Positions 9,078 to 20,211 of a stretch of 64,000 nt of DNA are shown piece by piece. The position numbers were made by a program, and so were the translations under genes. The stretch is from contig JAZDKJ010000006.1 in the NCBI GenBank assembly GCA_043803105.1, positions 256,001 to 320,000 on the forward strand, in the 5' to 3' direction. Below the pieces are notes generated by a model. It saw only the letters and a list, made by a program, of their open reading frames with translations. It searched no databases and was not told where the DNA came from. Within the stretch, counting starts at the first letter, position 1. Every line of letters begins with the position of its first letter. This DNA is from Candidatus Woesearchaeota archaeon (GTDB taxonomy: Archaea > Nanobdellota > Nanobdellia > Woesearchaeales > JAZDKJ01).

Positions 9078-10487
9078 CTAGCCCTCCACTATCTGATAGG
9101 TCTCGTTGTCTCCCAGTCCTTGGTTGCTTTCTTCAGGCACCTCAACTCCTTTTGAGTGTATTTCCTGCACTATCTGCATCAAGATTGCGTGCGCTTCTTT
9201 GACCTTGTCTTGCGCTTCGTTCAAAAGATCTCTTGCGTCTTTAACCAGCTGCGATGTCTGGTTTGAGGTCCTTGCGCTGTCAAGCAGGGCCTGTGCCTGC
9301 GCGTATTTTTCTTTTGCAGCAGCAATGCTTGAGCTGAAATTCAGCAACTTCTCACCGATATTGGTTGTATTGATTCCTTTTTCTTGCAGCTTTGTAATTG
9401 CCTCATCCAGCCTTTGTTCAAGGTTTTCGCTTCTCTGCACCACATTCCAGACTTTTGAATTCAGCAGCTGTCCGGTATAGATTTTTTCCTTTTCCTGGAT
9501 CTGCTTCCATAGTGTTGCTGCCTCTTGTGCAGAAGCCTTGACCTCTTCTTTTGTTGTAGCGTTTGTTGCGTCTGCAATTATTCCTTGTAGCTGTGCTATA
9601 TAATCATCAATCTGATTGATTATCGCCTCTACTGTGCTGTTGGTCATGTCTGTTGAGCCTGCAACAGTCTCCTTAACTTTTTCAAGGTGGTTTATCATCA
9701 TCTCTGCTCCGTTAATGACCATCTCTTTTGCATGCGTAAGCAGTTGTGCCTGGCAGTCTGTGCAGTTTCCTTTTTTTGCCTGCTCGAAAAGTTCTTTTTG
9801 CTGTTTGTATTCATCGTTTGCCTGCTTGTATTGTTCCTTTGCCCTTTCTAAGAGATGTTTTGATTTGTTTTTTTGCTCTTTGCTCAGTTCTCTTCGCGTG
9901 AATTGGAGTTCTTTCTTAACCACTTTTAGTTGCATTTTTTTCATCGCGTTCTTCGCTTTTATGATACTCATATTCATCAGGTTCCTTTGTTGTGCCATGG
10001 TCAGATGAGCAAACACCCTTGCTTTTTCTTCTGTCAAGTTATTCAAGAAATCTTTTGCTTCATCTTTTTTGGCAAGCATCTTGTCGATTTGTTCTGCCTT
10101 GTGAGTTGCTATCTTGTCTTTTATCTGTGTAAAAGGCTTAAGTGCTGAGACTGTCCATATAGATTGCAAAAGGCTCTTGCATCTTGCCTCAGGTTCTGCT
10201 ATACCATTTTCTTCTAGAAAGCTCGTGCAATCCAACTCCCTGCTCATTAGCTGGCTGCAGGTTTCACCTGGGTCCAGGCTCAGGTTCTGCTCCTGCAGGA
10301 AGTTGATACATTTTAATGATTTGGTCTCGTTTAGCCTTGCCAAGGCGTTCTGTGCCTTAGCTGCCAATACTCCTTGTTTTGGTTCTGCGTGCCCTGTCTT
10401 TGGACTGTTGGCCATGTTCTCTGATTCTGCTATAACTATGCTGGTAAGCATTATTGCCAATGCTGCAAACAAAAATATTTTTCTCAT
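9078..10487 (-). CDS. Secreted coiled-coil protein
   Basis: Signal peptide MRKIFLFAALAIML, then long A/E/K/Q-rich helices. Confidence 0.75.
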   Translation of the reverse strand: MRKIFLFAALAIMLTSIVIAESENMANSPKTGHAEPKQGVLAAKAQNALARLNETKSLKCINFLQEQNLSLDPGETCSQLMSRELDCTSFLEENGIAEPEARCKSLLQSIWTVSALKPFTQIKDKIATHKAEQIDKMLAKKDEAKDFLNNLTEEKARVFAHLTMAQQRNLMNMSIIKAKNAMKKMQLKVVKKELQFTRRELSKEQKNKSKHLLERAKEQYKQANDEYKQQKELFEQAKKGNCTDCQAQLLTHAKEMVINGAEMMINHLEKVKETVAGSTDMTNSTVEAIINQIDDYIAQLQGIIADATNATTKEEVKASAQEAATLWKQIQEKEKIYTGQLLNSKVWNVVQRSENLEQRLDEAITKLQEKGINTTNIGEKLLNFSSSIAAAKEKYAQAQALLDSARTSNQTSQLVKDARDLLNEAQDKVKEAHAILMQIVQEIHSKGVEVPEESNQGLGDNETYQIVEG

Positions 10488-10654
10488 TTTTAGGTTCCTC
10501 CAGTTGGTGATGCAGTTTCGTATCTTTACGGTGTTTATAAACATGCTTTCTAACGCTTTATTCATCAATCCTTTACATCCTTTACCACGCTTTACCAAGC
10601 TAGAATTCTGGCTCTAGAAAGGTTTTTAAATCTCGGGCTAGAATAGTCTTTTTT

Positions 10655-11326
10655 ATGCAAAAAAAGTGGTGCCTGGCTATTTTTCTTGTCCTGTTGATGC
10701 CTTATTCCTATGCAGCGAATGTGCATGGCACAGTATATGACCTTGACCTAAGACCTGCAAAAGATGCTGTCATAACCGTTGATTCTGTGCCTCTGCAGAC
10801 TCTTATTGCCAAGGATGGAACATTTTCCTTCAACCTTCCTGTTGGCTCTTATCTTCTCACCGCAACCCTGATTGATGGCAGCTCTATTTTCGTAAGCCAG
10901 CAGAACCTGGTCATACGGGATGACGGTGATTATGTTTCTGACATGATTCTGCTGCCTGACCTTGCTGCTGAGGAAAATCTGCTAAATGACAATCTTTCCT
11001 TTAGCCCATTGGATATTCCTCGGGATTCATCCAAGACATTAATATACATTATTCTTGGTTTCATTGTTGTCATTGTGATTGTAGTGGTCGCATTCCTAGC
11101 TGTAAGAAAGCTTAGGAAAAAGTTGCCAGTTGATGCTTCAATGGCAGATGAAGTCCTTGCCTTTATCAAGTCTCATGATGGCCGCACAACCCAGAAGGAC
11201 ATTAGGAAGCAATTCCCTGTTTCTGAGGCAAAGATAAGCCTTGTCATTACAGAGCTTGAACACAAAGGCATTGTGGAAAAAGTAAAGAAAGGGAAAGGCA
11301 ATATAGTGATTTTAAAACGTTCTTGA
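10655..11326 (+). CDS. Membrane protein with external beta-sandwich and C-terminal winged HTH
   Basis: Signal peptide, TM helix, GRTTQKDIRKQFPVSEAKISLVITELEHKGIVEK wHTH. Confidence 0.8.
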   Translation: MQKKWCLAIFLVLLMPYSYAANVHGTVYDLDLRPAKDAVITVDSVPLQTLIAKDGTFSFNLPVGSYLLTATLIDGSSIFVSQQNLVIRDDGDYVSDMILLPDLAAEENLLNDNLSFSPLDIPRDSSKTLIYIILGFIVVIVIVVVAFLAVRKLRKKLPVDASMADEVLAFIKSHDGRTTQKDIRKQFPVSEAKISLVITELEHKGIVEKVKKGKGNIVILKRS

Positions 11327-11368
11327 AACAACTCCATTTTCAATTCTGTGTTCCCAGTAGACAGCCGT

Positions 11369-11800
11369 TCATTTATACACAAATTTTACACAGGTATCAA
11401 GATCCAGCATAAGCGGCATATTCAAAGAATCGATCGGCAAAACCCAATCAAAACTCTTGTGTTCTTTAAGATTCAGCCTAACTTTCGGTTTTTTGTCCAA
11501 CGCACACTGAAAGATGTGGTAAGTAAAATCAAGTTCTGGATACCTAACATAAGCAGTGGACAAGAACTTAGTTAAGGATGGCACTAACAAAATTCCGGTC
11601 TCTTCCTTAACCTCACGAAGAATGCCTTCCAATGAGGTCTCACTTGCCTCTAATTTACCAGAAGGAAGACCCCAACGGTTTCCTTGGGGCGACACAAACG
11701 GCTGTCTCAACAGCAGCAGAATAGATCTGTCATATTCGATAAAGCAGCCTGCTGCCTCAAGTTGTGGCTTAAAATCGACAGGAATATCAAAATATAGCAT
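11369..11800 (-). CDS. NUDIX hydrolase
   Basis: GKLEASETSLEGILREVKEETG Nudix box. Confidence 0.9.
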   Translation of the reverse strand: MLYFDIPVDFKPQLEAAGCFIEYDRSILLLLRQPFVSPQGNRWGLPSGKLEASETSLEGILREVKEETGILLVPSLTKFLSTAYVRYPELDFTYHIFQCALDKKPKVRLNLKEHKSFDWVLPIDSLNMPLMLDLDTCVKFVYK

Positions 11801-11915
11801 TTTCAGAAGGAAGAAATCGTCAATTTATAACATTAACGGGTGCCTAAAACCAAAAACTTCCTCATCCAATTCAAGCGCTGACAAAACTTAAATACATGTT
11901 GTATTGTCTTGCCTC

Positions 11916-13739
11916 ATGGAAAAGATTCTTGTTCTCGATTTTGGAGGCCAGTACACTCAGCTTATTGCCAGGATTGTCCGCAACTGCAATGTTTATTCTG
12001 AAATAGTTGATTGCGAGGCAGACCTTTCAATGATCCTCAGCCAGAAGCCTAAAGGGATAATACTTTCAGGCGGTCCCGATAGTGTCTATGCCAAGGGAGC
12101 TCCTTCCATTGACAAGCGTTTATTGTCTGCCGGAGTGCCTGTTCTGGGTATCTGTTACGGTATGCAGCTCATAGCGCATCTGCTTGAAGGCAAGGTTGTG
12201 AATGGCTTAGGTGAGTTCGGCCAAACCAAAGTTGAACTTGACACTTTTCATCCATTGTTCTTCGGCCTGCCTAAGGAAAACAATGTTTGGATGAGCCATG
12301 GAGACTCTGTTATCGAATTGCCAAAAGATTTCAAGGTGATAGGCAGGACAAGGCATCACACAGCTGCCATCGCCTCTGAAACCAGGAAGATTTTTGGTGT
12401 GCAGTTCCATCCTGAAGTGAGCCACACTGTCATAGGCACGGACATTGTGTCCAATTTTGTACACAAAATTTGTGGTTGTGCTTATGATTGGACAATGGCA
12501 AGTTTTGTTGAGGAAGCCAAGCAGTACGTGCGTGATACTGTGCACCAAGATGATATTATCTGCTTTGTCAGCGGTGGAGTCGATTCCTCTTTTGTTGCGC
12601 TGCTTTTGTCAAAGACTGAGGGTATAGGAAATGTTTATCCTGTTTATATCGAGGCGCTTATGCGCAAGAACGAAACAGCCGAAGTTGTAAATGCCCTCAA
12701 GTCTGCAGGCATAAAGAACCTTATTGTAAAGAAAGCAGAGGACAGGTTTATTTCTGCATTACATGGTGTAACAGAGCCTGAGCAAAAGCGCAAAATCATT
12801 GGCAACCTGTTTGGCCAGATTCAGGCAGAGGTAATAAAAGAGCTAAAACTTGACCCAGAGCATACATTTCTTGCCCAAGGCACTTTGTACACTGACCTTA
12901 TTGAATCTGGTCTTGGGGTTGGCAAAAGAGCTGAGCGCATAAAATCACATCATAATGTTGGCTGTGAGTTCATCGAGGAACTGAAGGCAAAAGGTAGGGT
13001 TGTTGAGCCATGCCGTTTAATCTTCAAGGATGAGGTTCGTTTGGCTGGAAAAGAGATTGGTCTTCCTAAGGAAATCTTTGAGCGCCAGCCTTTTCCTGGC
13101 CCTGGTCTGGCTATTCGTATTGTTGACGGTAATTCCTCCTGGATAGACGATTCTTTCAATGTTGCTGATTCCAAGGTTAAGGAAATAGCTTCAGAGTTTG
13201 GTCTTGCTGGCTGCCTTTTGCCGATTAAGATCGTAGGCGTGCAAGGTGACGCAAGGACTTATTGTTTCCTCGCCCTGCTCTCTGGCGCAAAGGATTGGAA
13301 AAATATACGGCTGGCTGCTGAGAAGATTCCCAAGCACGTGAGGCTGGTCAATCGCGTGGTTTACATTCTTGGCGATCAACCCTCGCATCCTGAAATGGTT
13401 ATTCCAACAACTATTACAAGAGAAACTGTAGACCAATTGAAGGACATAGATTTTGATGTCCGCAAGATTATCGATTCATGTGGCTTTTCAGATAAGATTA
13501 GTCAGACAATTGTAATTCTTTTTGCTTCAGATTTATTTGGAGCAGCCAAAAGGACAGTCTGTCTGCGCGCTGTAAATACTCCCACATTCATGACTGTCTC
13601 TCCTGTTGCTCCTGATGAGATTTCAATGTCCTGGAAATGTCTGGAAGAAATTAATTCTGTCTTGCTGAAAAAGCATTCTGTTGGCGCTTTTGTGATTGAC
13701 GTAACCGATAAGCCTCCTGCCACAACTTGTTGGGAATAG
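11916..13739 (+). CDS. guaA: GMP synthase (glutamine-hydrolysing), fused GATase + ATPPase
   Basis: LDFGGQYTQLI, GICYGMQ, QFHPEV, SGGVDS, IKSHHNVG, PFPGPGL, KPPAT.CWE. Confidence 0.96.
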   Translation: MEKILVLDFGGQYTQLIARIVRNCNVYSEIVDCEADLSMILSQKPKGIILSGGPDSVYAKGAPSIDKRLLSAGVPVLGICYGMQLIAHLLEGKVVNGLGEFGQTKVELDTFHPLFFGLPKENNVWMSHGDSVIELPKDFKVIGRTRHHTAAIASETRKIFGVQFHPEVSHTVIGTDIVSNFVHKICGCAYDWTMASFVEEAKQYVRDTVHQDDIICFVSGGVDSSFVALLLSKTEGIGNVYPVYIEALMRKNETAEVVNALKSAGIKNLIVKKAEDRFISALHGVTEPEQKRKIIGNLFGQIQAEVIKELKLDPEHTFLAQGTLYTDLIESGLGVGKRAERIKSHHNVGCEFIEELKAKGRVVEPCRLIFKDEVRLAGKEIGLPKEIFERQPFPGPGLAIRIVDGNSSWIDDSFNVADSKVKEIASEFGLAGCLLPIKIVGVQGDARTYCFLALLSGAKDWKNIRLAAEKIPKHVRLVNRVVYILGDQPSHPEMVIPTTITRETVDQLKDIDFDVRKIIDSCGFSDKISQTIVILFASDLFGAAKRTVCLRAVNTPTFMTVSPVAPDEISMSWKCLEEINSVLLKKHSVGAFVIDVTDKPPATTCWE

Positions 13740-13774
13740 TTAAGTTTATTAATATCTTGCTCTTAATTCTTTTC

Positions 13775-14098
13775 ATGGAAATGAAGGAGCTTCTCAAGTT
13801 TATAGACATCGAAGACAAGCGGCTTCACAAGCATTATGGTTATTCTGACAACGAAAAAAGAATTCTTGCAAGGAATGTCAAGCTTGCAGAGGAGGTTGGA
13901 GAGCTCAGCAATGAGGTTCTTGCCTCTCTTTCTTTTCAAAGGAAATCAAAGCTTGATAAAGCTGAGTCTGACAATCTTTCGGAAGAATTTGCTGACGTAA
14001 TTATTACCGCTCTTATTCTTGCCAAGGCAATGGATGTTGACATCAACAAGGCATTGGATGCTAAGGTTGAAAAGGTGAAGAAGAGGTCCCTTTCCTGA
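13775..14098 (+). CDS. MazG-like nucleotide pyrophosphohydrolase
   Basis: KLAEEVGEL...EEFADV. Confidence 0.88.
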   Translation: MEMKELLKFIDIEDKRLHKHYGYSDNEKRILARNVKLAEEVGELSNEVLASLSFQRKSKLDKAESDNLSEEFADVIITALILAKAMDVDINKALDAKVEKVKKRSLS

Positions 14099-14137
14099 AC
14101 AACAAGATTTATTAATCTACAGGCAATATTGCTTCTC

Positions 14138-15829
14138 ATGGACATTCAAAGCCTTATTCGAAAGCACGCCTTGCACAACGCCTCAAAATACCATGGCAAG
14201 GCAAACATTGGTGCTGTCATAGGCAAGGTGGTGCAGGAGGACCCTGCGCTTAAAGCAAGGATTGATGAGATAAAAAAACTTGCAGTTAAGGTTGTTGCTG
14301 ATGTTGGCATGCTCTCTGTTGAGCGCCAGCTGTTGGAGTTACAGGAGATTGCCCCTGAATTGCTCGAAAAGAAAGAGGAGAAAAAGCGTGAATTGCCCGA
14401 GCTTACCAACGCTGTTCCTGGCAAGGTTGTGATGCGAATTGCTCCTTATCCTTCAGGCCCTCTTCATATAGGCAATGCAAAGCCATTGATCCTAAATGAT
14501 GAGTATGTCAAGCGCTATAAAGGTAGGCTTATCCTTGCTATTGATGATACTATTGGCTCTGATGAGAAGAATGTTGAGCCTGATGCTTACAATCTTATCC
14601 CTGAAGGGTGTGATTGGCTTAATGTCGTTTTTTCCGAAACCATCTTCAAGTCAGACAGGCTTGAGCTTTACTACAAGCATGCTTCGGACTTGATAACAAA
14701 GGACGCTGCTTATGTCTGCTCTTGCGATTCTGATACCTTGCGAGCTAACCGCGAGAAATCTGTTGAGTGCTCGCATCGCAAAGCCTCTGTCTCCACTAAC
14801 GAAAAATTTTGGAATGACATGCTGTCAGGCAAATTGAAAGAAGGCTCTGCTGTCTTAAGGCTGAAGACTGATATGCAGCACAAGAATCCTGCCTTCCGTG
14901 ATAGGGTGCTTTTGCGAATCTCTGACAAATCCCATCCCAGGGTTGGCACAAAGTTTCATGTCTGGCCTTTGCTTGAATTTTCCTGGGCTATTGATGACCA
15001 TCTGCTTGGCATGACCCATATCCTAAGAGGCAAGGACCTTATGATGGAGTCAGAGATGGAGCGCTTTATCTGGGATATTTTCCACTGGCCTCATCCTGAG
15101 ATTATTCATGCCGGGCTCGTTACTATCGCCGGAGTCAAAATCAGTAAGTCAAAATCGGCAAAAGAGGTGAAGAGCGGAGCTTATTCTGGCTGGGATGATC
15201 CCCGCACCTGGAGCCTTCAGTCCCTCAAGAGAAGAGGCATTTTTCCAGAGGCCTTAAGATCATTTTTGCTTGAGACAGGCATTGGTGAGGGAGAGACAAC
15301 TGTCCCTATTGACAACCTCTATTCAGAGAACCGGAAAATCCTAGACAAACTCGCTGACCGCTATTTTATGGTTGAAGACCCAGTGAAGATAGTGATTGAG
15401 AACGCACCCTCAGTTGAGATTCATTTGAAAAAGCATCCTGAATTTGCTGAAAGGGGTCTGCGTGTTTACAGGACTGATAAAGAGTTTTATATTCGCAAAA
15501 AGGATTTTGACGAGCTTGAGGATGGCTCTTTGTATCGCCTCATGGACTGTTTGAACTTCAAGAAAGTTAAGTCTAAGTTTGTTTTTGATTCTCTAGAGCA
15601 CTCGAAGTACAAGGATTCTGGCAAGAAGATAATGCATTATGTTCCTGCAAACCTGGATGTTGTCAAGGTTGAGGTATTGATGCCTGATGCCTCTGTTGTT
15701 AAGGGCATTGCAGAGCCAGAGGTCAAAAACCTTAAGGTTGGCTCGCAAGTGCAGTTTGAAAGGTTTGGGTTTGTCAGATTAGATTCAATAAAGGATGGAG
15801 TCTATCATTTCTGGTATACCCATCCGTAG
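14138..15829 (+). CDS. gltX: Glutamate--tRNA ligase (archaeal type)
   Basis: RIAPYPSGPLHIGN, THILRGKDL, KISKS, WDDPR, QFERFGF. Confidence 0.96.
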   Translation: MDIQSLIRKHALHNASKYHGKANIGAVIGKVVQEDPALKARIDEIKKLAVKVVADVGMLSVERQLLELQEIAPELLEKKEEKKRELPELTNAVPGKVVMRIAPYPSGPLHIGNAKPLILNDEYVKRYKGRLILAIDDTIGSDEKNVEPDAYNLIPEGCDWLNVVFSETIFKSDRLELYYKHASDLITKDAAYVCSCDSDTLRANREKSVECSHRKASVSTNEKFWNDMLSGKLKEGSAVLRLKTDMQHKNPAFRDRVLLRISDKSHPRVGTKFHVWPLLEFSWAIDDHLLGMTHILRGKDLMMESEMERFIWDIFHWPHPEIIHAGLVTIAGVKISKSKSAKEVKSGAYSGWDDPRTWSLQSLKRRGIFPEALRSFLLETGIGEGETTVPIDNLYSENRKILDKLADRYFMVEDPVKIVIENAPSVEIHLKKHPEFAERGLRVYRTDKEFYIRKKDFDELEDGSLYRLMDCLNFKKVKSKFVFDSLEHSKYKDSGKKIMHYVPANLDVVKVEVLMPDASVVKGIAEPEVKNLKVGSQVQFERFGFVRLDSIKDGVYHFWYTHP

Positions 15830-15904
15830 CTCTGTTGCTTCATTCGTAAATTTGTCATTTTCTCTGACCAAAAATTTATAAAGCAATGAATCAGTGGTTG
15901 TTGC

Positions 15905-16000
15905 ATGAAGGATAAATACGTTAATCGTGTTCTTTACACTGTTATTTTGGTAATCATCATTCTCTTGCTGGTGTTCCTTATCAAGAGGTTGTACCTGTGA
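15905..16000 (+). CDS. 31-aa single-TM micro-protein
   Basis: MKDKYVNRVLYTVILVIIILLLVFLIKRLYL; TATA box upstream; GTGA overlap with next ORF. Confidence 0.5.
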   Translation: MKDKYVNRVLYTVILVIIILLLVFLIKRLYL

Positions 16001-16293
16001 AGACTAACTGGGACCTGGTTGTAAAATTGGCCTTGATTATTTTTGGCATTTTTTTGATTTATCAGATAGCCCGCTTGTTGTTGGGTGGCTCCTGGTCAAC
16101 AGAGGAGTTAATAGTTGCCCTTCTTGTATTGAGCCTTACTATGACTTTTCAACTGGCAAAAAAGGTTGAAAGTATGTCAGCAGACATGAGGAATTTCAAG
16201 AATTCTTTCAAGGCCTTAGCAACAGATTTTAAGTCTTTGAGTTTAAGCTACAACGACCATCTGGGTCAGTACAAGAAATCACCAAGGCAATAG
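15997..16293 (+). CDS. Small membrane protein
   Basis: Two TM helices plus short coiled coil. Confidence 0.65.
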   Translation: MKTNWDLVVKLALIIFGIFLIYQIARLLLGGSWSTEELIVALLVLSLTMTFQLAKKVESMSADMRNFKNSFKALATDFKSLSLSYNDHLGQYKKSPRQ

Positions 16294-16341
16294 AAACCTT
16301 TAAATAACTCGAAGAAAAGTTTTCCTGCGGGGTGATTGTTG

Positions 16342-16518
16342 ATGTCTTTGGTTGTCAAGGCTAAGATTAAGGAATACGCTAAGGTTGATGACAAGCTGCT
16401 CAATGTCTCTGGGGATTTTGCAGACAAGCTTAGCGAGCGTGTTGAGTCTATGATTAAGGATGCCTGCAAGCGTGCTAAGGATAATGGCAGAAGTACTGTG
16501 ATGGCAAAAGACCTTTAG
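16342..16518 (+). CDS. Histone-fold protein (DUF1931-like)
   Basis: VSGDFADKL..IKDACKRAKDNGRSTVMAKDL; GGTGA RBS. Confidence 0.85.
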   Translation: MSLVVKAKIKEYAKVDDKLLNVSGDFADKLSERVESMIKDACKRAKDNGRSTVMAKDL

Positions 16519-16895
16519 CGCTTTTTTATCTTTGCTTCTAGTTCCTTTACTCTCTTGTCCCTTTTCTCGAGCGCTGTGAGGTATGATTCGATCCTCTTGT
16601 CCAGGGCAGTTATCGTTTTTAGAAGTTCCCTGCTGAAGCTGTCATGGTGGTAGTCATGCCTTACAACTGTGGCCTGCTTTTCGAGTGCAAGCTCAAGCTT
16701 TGCCTCAAGCTCTTTTAAGTCTTCTTTTATGCTCTCTGATTGCTTAGGTTTTGAGCATGATACCTTGATTTTTTGTATATGGTCAAGCAACTCTTGTTTT
16801 GTGCTCTCGCTGTCCTCTCTTTTCTTGTACGCTAAGGAAATGAAGCGCAGGAACCTTTGCACCTTGTACGCGTCAATCTCATATGCTGATAGCAT
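16515..16895 (-). CDS. Coiled-coil hypothetical protein
   Basis: 126 aa ORF abutting the upstream gene. Confidence 0.65.
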   Translation of the reverse strand: MLSAYEIDAYKVQRFLRFISLAYKKREDSESTKQELLDHIQKIKVSCSKPKQSESIKEDLKELEAKLELALEKQATVVRHDYHHDSFSRELLKTITALDKRIESYLTALEKRDKRVKELEAKIKKR

Positions 16896-17474
16896 CTAGA
16901 ATCTCGGGAATTCTTTCCTTGGTTTTTGCGGTGGAGGGCTCGGGTTTGGCCCCATGCCTGGATTGAATGTAGGGTTCAACGGTGGCTCACTTGGTGCGTT
17001 GAACCTTGGCGCCGCAAACTGGGGCTCAGTCCTCTGGCCAAATTGAGGTTCAGGCCTTTGTCCAAATTGCGGAGGGCCAAAAGGGTCTGGCTGGCGCTGC
17101 ATCATTGGCGGTGGCGAAAGTGGCTCAGGTTGCCTGAATGGCTGGCTTGCTGGCTTTGGCTCTTCTCCCTTGATTAGGTCTGCCACTGATAGAATTCCCT
17201 CTCCTATCTTTTCGTTCTGGTCTAGCAGGATGTCGATTTTTGTTCCTAGCTCTTCCAGTTTTTTGTAAAGGTTCTGCTCCCCTTCCTCTGCCTTCATCTC
17301 GTGTGCTGCTTCCTTGAACAACACTATCATTTCAAGCATTGTTTTCTGCAGGTTTGCCATCATTATTGGCAGGTTTTTATCTGGACTTATTGAACCGTCC
17401 CTTAGCTTTTTCAGCTGTTCTTTCAGGTCCACTAATTCCTTTCTAGAAGTGAGCTGGTACTCTTCAGAATCCAT
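16896..17474 (-). CDS. Hypothetical protein, coiled coil with Pro-rich tail
   Basis: PQFGQR repeats in the C-terminal tail. Confidence 0.7.
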   Translation of the reverse strand: MDSEEYQLTSRKELVDLKEQLKKLRDGSISPDKNLPIMMANLQKTMLEMIVLFKEAAHEMKAEEGEQNLYKKLEELGTKIDILLDQNEKIGEGILSVADLIKGEEPKPASQPFRQPEPLSPPPMMQRQPDPFGPPQFGQRPEPQFGQRTEPQFAAPRFNAPSEPPLNPTFNPGMGPNPSPPPQKPRKEFPRF

Positions 17475-17567
17475 TCTTCAACCTCTTTTTAATTTACCAG
17501 CTTTCCGGGTTAAACTTACTTTATAAATGTTTCGCTGCCCTGAACTTTGCAATCCTAATATGGTTGC

Positions 17568-18365
17568 TCAGAACATCTCGTCAAATGCTGAATTGATTTT
17601 GCCTGCAAAATAATCGTACAGGATTTTTTCCTCTTCAGAAATCTGCTCTCTTTCGTAAACAAGTCCTGATTCTCTATTCTTAAAGCCTACCACTGCCCGG
17701 TCCAAAAGCTTGTTGTATGTTTTTCTCTCTCCCTCAGCAATGAACAGCGGCGGGTAATTATTTTTGACGAGCATTAGGTTACTCATGAGCCTAGCTGTCC
17801 TGCCGTTCCCGTCTTCAAACGGATGGATTCTTACCATATGCAGGTGCACCCATGAAGAAATGTCAAGAATGCTTTCGCTGCTTTCTTTAGCCCATTGTTC
17901 TTGCAAACTGTTCATATTCTCGAAGAACTTTTTCATTTCGTGAGGGATCTTTGCAGGGTACGGTGGTGTAACCGAGGCATCTCGTCCAGGCCTTACACCC
18001 AAGGTTAACCTTCGGTAGTCTGCTTTGCTGTCATTGAATATTTCCGGTTCAACTCTTGATGCCACTTCAAGTACACAATTCTCGTCAAATGGGAACCTGT
18101 AATGGTCAACGCCATAATTCCAAGCCCTGGTTAGGTCTGCCAAGGTTTTTCCCAGGTTTTCTTCAACATATTTTTGTTGTTCTTTTGGAGAAAGGTCTTT
18201 CAATTGTTCCATCGCAGATTCAGCGATTCTCGCAGAATGTTGAAGGCTCTCCCTATAGTTTCTGGTGTCAAACCTTCCTGTGAGCATTGCCTCTAATACA
18301 GGTCTTTGTGACAGTGTTTTGCGCTTACTGGCTATCTCTTCCAAAAGCTGCTTGTCAGTATACAT
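17568..18365 (-). CDS. Fic family protein
   Basis: HPFEDGNGRTAR. Confidence 0.92.
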   Translation of the reverse strand: MYTDKQLLEEIASKRKTLSQRPVLEAMLTGRFDTRNYRESLQHSARIAESAMEQLKDLSPKEQQKYVEENLGKTLADLTRAWNYGVDHYRFPFDENCVLEVASRVEPEIFNDSKADYRRLTLGVRPGRDASVTPPYPAKIPHEMKKFFENMNSLQEQWAKESSESILDISSWVHLHMVRIHPFEDGNGRTARLMSNLMLVKNNYPPLFIAEGERKTYNKLLDRAVVGFKNRESGLVYEREQISEEEKILYDYFAGKINSAFDEMF

Positions 18366-18441
18366 AATAGAAAATCAGAATTATCAAGTATATAAACTTT
18401 TCTATTTTTACTACTTAAAAATAACAACAAAAATAAAAAAA

Positions 18442-20085
18442 TCAGTATTCAGGCATTCCGCCTCCCATTCCCCCTGGTGGCATTGCTGGCGTCTTTGAGC
18501 CCCCTGCAATGACATCATCTATCCTTAGTATCATCTGCGCTACTTCAGAGCTTGAGCTTACTGCCTGTGTTTTTATCTTCAGGGGTTCTATCACTCCCCT
18601 CTTCCAGGCATCGACTACTTTGCCTGTGAAGACATCTATGCCTGCCCACTTCATTCCCTTGTCATGGGCTGCTTTTAACTCTGTTAGCACGTCTATTGGG
18701 TCAAGCCCTGCGTTCTCTGCAAGCGTTCTTGGGATTATCTCTATTGCGTTGGCAAAAGCCTGGACAGCCAATTGTTCCCTTCCTGATAATGAGTTTGCGA
18801 ACTTTTGCAGTCCCCTTGCTAGCTCTATCTCTACTGCTCCTGCCCCCGCAACAACTTTTCCAACCTTCAAGGCAGCATTAATGTCTCCTATTGCATCTTC
18901 CATTGCTCTTTTGACTTCGTCTATTACATGCTCTGTTCCGCCCCTTATGAGTATTGTGACTGATTTCGGGTTTTTGCAGTCCTTTACATAGGTCAGTTCC
19001 TCATCGCCAATCTTTTGCTCTTCTACTACTCCTGCAAATCCCAGGTCGTCTTTGCCCAGGTCATCAAGGTTTGTAACGATTTTTGCGCCTGTTGCCCTTG
19101 CCAGTGCTTCCATATCTGACTTTTTGACTCTTCTGGCAGCAAAGATTCCGCCCTTTGCCAAAAAGTGCTGTGCCATGTCATCAATCCCTTTCTGGCAGAA
19201 TACTGCGTTTGCACCGCTTGCAACTATCTTGTTTACCATGTTCCTGAGCATCTTTTCTTCCTGCTCCATGAACGCCTGCAGTTGCGATGGGTCGCTTATC
19301 TGGATTTTTGTCTCTATCTCTGTGTTCTTTATTTCCACTGCAGAATCAATTAGTGCAATCTTCGCGTTCTTTATGTGCCTTGGCATTCCCGGGTGCACTC
19401 TTTCCTTGTCTATCACTATTCCCTGGACAAGCTCTGATTGGTCAACTGAGGCCCCTACCTTTTTCTCAAGCTTTATGTCTTCCTTGTTGATGTAGACCTT
19501 GCCGTTCTCTACCTCTGCTACTTGCCTTATTGCCTGTACTGCAATGTCGCCAAGTATTTCCTTTGATGCCTCTGCTCCCTTGCCAGTCATTGCGGTTAAT
19601 GCAATCTTCTTCAATAGGTCAACATCTTTGATTGTGATTGGCTCTGCCATCTTTTCCAGTATTTCCTGCGCTTTTTCTGCCGCCATCCTGTAGCCCTTTG
19701 CAAGTATTGTTGGATGAACTTCCTGGTCTAGCAAAGCCTCTGCGTTTTTCAATAGCTCTCCTGCAAGTACCACCGCAGTTGTTGTCCCGTCTCCCACTTC
19801 GTTCTCCTGCGTCTTTGCTACCTCAACTATCATCTTTGCGCTTGGGTGCTCAATGTTCATTTCCTCAAGGATCGTTACTCCGTCGTTTGTGATTGTCACG
19901 TCTCCCATAGAGTCGACTATCATCTTGTCCATTCCCTTTGGCCCAAGTGTGGTCCTTACCGTTTCCGCAACTAGCTTTGCTGCTGCAATGTTGGTTCTCT
20001 GAGCATTCTTCCCTGTTGTCCTTTGTGTGCCTTCCGGCAGAATAAATATTGGCTGGAACTGTTGTGTCATATTCTCCCCCTCCAA
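18442..20085 (-). CDS. ths: Thermosome (group II chaperonin) subunit
   Basis: [20 protein letters not shown] tail. Confidence 0.97.
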   Translation of the reverse strand: MEGENMTQQFQPIFILPEGTQRTTGKNAQRTNIAAAKLVAETVRTTLGPKGMDKMIVDSMGDVTITNDGVTILEEMNIEHPSAKMIVEVAKTQENEVGDGTTTAVVLAGELLKNAEALLDQEVHPTILAKGYRMAAEKAQEILEKMAEPITIKDVDLLKKIALTAMTGKGAEASKEILGDIAVQAIRQVAEVENGKVYINKEDIKLEKKVGASVDQSELVQGIVIDKERVHPGMPRHIKNAKIALIDSAVEIKNTEIETKIQISDPSQLQAFMEQEEKMLRNMVNKIVASGANAVFCQKGIDDMAQHFLAKGGIFAARRVKKSDMEALARATGAKIVTNLDDLGKDDLGFAGVVEEQKIGDEELTYVKDCKNPKSVTILIRGGTEHVIDEVKRAMEDAIGDINAALKVGKVVAGAGAVEIELARGLQKFANSLSGREQLAVQAFANAIEIIPRTLAENAGLDPIDVLTELKAAHDKGMKWAGIDVFTGKVVDAWKRGVIEPLKIKTQAVSSSSEVAQMILRIDDVIAGGSKTPAMPPGGMGGGMPEY

Positions 20086-20211
20086 ATTATTTTAAAATTA
20101 GTGGAAAACATAAATAACTGGTTATATTTAAATATGATGGTTTCTTGAGCTGTTAAGTAAACGTCACCTATTTAGAAAGAATTATATATAAATCTCCTTA
20201 AATCAATCTGA